From NCBI GenBank assembly GCA_965214565.1, contig OZ243951.1, forward strand, positions 321,017 to 385,016: 64,000 nt of DNA. Reading direction: 5' to 3'. Within the stretch, counting starts at the first letter, position 1, and each line of letters begins with the position of its first letter. Source of the stretch: Candidatus Aldehydirespiratoraceae bacterium (GTDB lineage Bacteria; Actinomycetota; Acidimicrobiia; Acidimicrobiales; Aldehydirespiratoraceae). The notes under the pieces were generated by a model, which searched no databases, was not told where the DNA came from, and saw only the letters and a program-made list of their open reading frames with translations. Made by a program: the position numbers and the translations under genes. Below are positions 62,524-64,000 of the stretch, in pieces.

Positions 62524-63099
62524 CTGCCGAAGCGGTCGACTTGGTGATGTGTTGGCGATCGACATCGTGAGATGTTGAAAACCAGCATTACGAAGTGTCG
62601 CAAACCGGCACACTCCGTTGACCCACTTCTCTGAGGTTCCCCCCTAATCGTGGAGACACGCTCCATAAGGAGGAGTTATGTCTACGCTCAGTCTGGGCGA
62701 TCCGCTCGACATCGGCTTCAGCCGCGGACCCTCACCTTGCTCACTCCGACCTCAAACGCGAAGAGCCCACAACCACCAAAGTATGATGGCGACTCACCGC
62801 ATCGCTCGCCAAAGAGACAAGGACGAAGCGACAAACAAGATAGTGAAAAATGCATAGCGTGAGGCGACCTCATCACCTGGCAATATCGGATCAAGCGCAC
62901 CACCAACAATTGGCAGTAACCCACCGCCAATTACTACTGTAATTACCCACAACAATCGCCTCTACCAATTACCACTCCACCAAGCATACCTATCGACCTC
63001 AACAGAGTCAGTGTCAGCCTCCATCATGTTGTCTCTTTCCTTGCGGCCAATGTCAACCACCGCACGATACCCGGCGGCGACTCTCAGCGTCAACGCCAA

Positions 63100-63480
63100 C
63101 ACGGCGCACCGGTCTCGATCTCGGGGGCAACAGACGGCACATCCACGGCAGGCGGCGCACTCAATCTCAGGGACTACGTGCAACTGGCCTTGCACGGCGG
63201 GTTTCCGTCCGCGGCCCTCGGCTAAGCCGAGCGTGCCCGCCGCCGATGGCTCGACACCTACACCGCGGAGATAGCCGGTCGTGATGCGGTGCTCGCAGGC
63301 AACGGCATCGACCGCGGCAGACTTGGGCGCTACTTCGCGGCCTATGCACATCAATGCGCACGCATCGTGGACGACAACCTTCTTTCTGCGACAGCAGGCA
63401 TAGACCGGCGCACCGGCCCGGGCATCATGCCGCTCGGAGAACGCCTCTGGGTAGCACCCATCAGCACCCTGTGGACCTGA
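63100..63480 (+). pseudogene. DUF4143-type AAA ATPase remnant (5'-truncated, in-frame TAA at 63223-63225)
   Basis: ...LRDYVQLALHGGFPSAALG*AERARRRWLDTYTAEIAGRDAV...LGRYFAAYAHQCARIV... matches the GGFPE...W..Y...RD DUF4143 pattern. The AAA_14 N-terminal half is absent. Confidence 0.55.
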
Positions 63481-63520
63481 CTACCTCACACCACGTTAAA
63501 GCGCGAAGAGCCAGAACTCA

Positions 63521-63889
63521 TCAAGCCAGCAGAGACGCCACCAGCGCCACCATAAACCCAATTATAGCCATTATCACCAAAACCCACCCAACCCTTTCGT
63601 GCCCTCTCCTGCCTACTTCAAAAGCGACCGGCACCGCCAATATGGACATACATATTACCGCAAAAACCGAGTAAACATACAGGCTGCTGCGGTCTCTCGG
63701 TGGCCCGTAGCTGTTGTTTACCCATCTGTCCCAGAAGACATAGATAGCAACAGTGGTGTACAGTAACGCCCAACCCGCCACATCGCCCCAACCCAGTTCC
63801 TGTTTCTCTTCCACATCGCCAGATTTCTCTGTGTCGTCACCGGCGTTACGATCGGTCGCGCTGGTTGGTGTCTCTGCTCTGTTGGCCAT
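63521..63889 (-). CDS. hypothetical membrane protein in lower-GC segment
   Basis: 122 aa with an acidic N-terminus and three hydrophobic helices. GGGAG lies 9 nt upstream of the ATG. Composition is atypical for the window. Confidence 0.45.
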   Translation of the reverse strand: MANRAETPTSATDRNAGDDTEKSGDVEEKQELGWGDVAGWALLYTTVAIYVFWDRWVNNSYGPPRDRSSLYVYSVFAVICMSILAVPVAFEVGRRGHERVGWVLVIMAIIGFMVALVASLLA

Positions 63890-64000
63890 GGTGGCACGCT
63901 CCCGATCGAGGTTCCAGTGTTTACCCTAGGTTTACCGAAGGATACTAACTGGCTAAGGTGACGGTTGTCGAGTCGCGGTCGATGCGTAGGCACGCCTCCC

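Noticed and set aside
62962-63354. 130-aa minus-strand ORF
   Set aside because: It is Cys/Arg/Ala-rich and lies antisense to the recognisable DUF4143 remnant on the plus strand.

Overview
High-GC, densely coding chromosomal window whose gene content and order look like Actinomycetota; the genus cannot be determined from sequence alone. Most of it is conserved housekeeping synteny: carD; a CoA/lipid-metabolism group (LLM oxidoreductase, thiolase, Rieske oxygenase, acyl-CoA dehydrogenase, epimerase); a DEAD-box helicase; cinA-pgsA-rimO; ftsK-rnj-dapA-SURF1-dapB; pnp-rpsO; smc-mutM(like)-rnc-acpP-plsX-rpmF-DUF177-coaD-rsmD-recG-DAK2; pckA; and a TPP-riboswitch-controlled thiamine ABC transporter. 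The main metabolic module is a co-directional five-gene cluster at 29.5-37.7 kb: two DMGDH/sarcosine-dehydrogenase paralogues, an MttB-family methyltransferase, a ferredoxin and a ferredoxin reductase. Three small accessory or decayed patches interrupt the core. (i) 27.2-29.3 kb holds a 37-bp tandem array, a DUF222/HNH endonuclease, an AT-rich island and a frameshifted NYN remnant. (ii) 37.8-39.45 kb holds an hsdR C-terminal remnant and a decayed AlbA_2/Schlafen-like ATPase. (iii) 62.5-64.0 kb is a lower-GC segment with a DUF4143 ATPase pseudogene and small membrane ORFs. I found no intact defence system, CRISPR array, tRNA, rRNA, transposase or integrase. The points most worth follow-up are listed next. 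An Fpg/MutM homologue lacks its catalytic Pro, catalytic Lys and zinc finger. The MttB cluster has no corrinoid protein gene. Near-perfect 15/18/36/37-bp tandem repeats recur both inside genes and between them. A diverged ~90-bp repeat pair lies in inverted orientation. PNPase and the DEAD-box helicase both carry Arg/Gly-rich tails.
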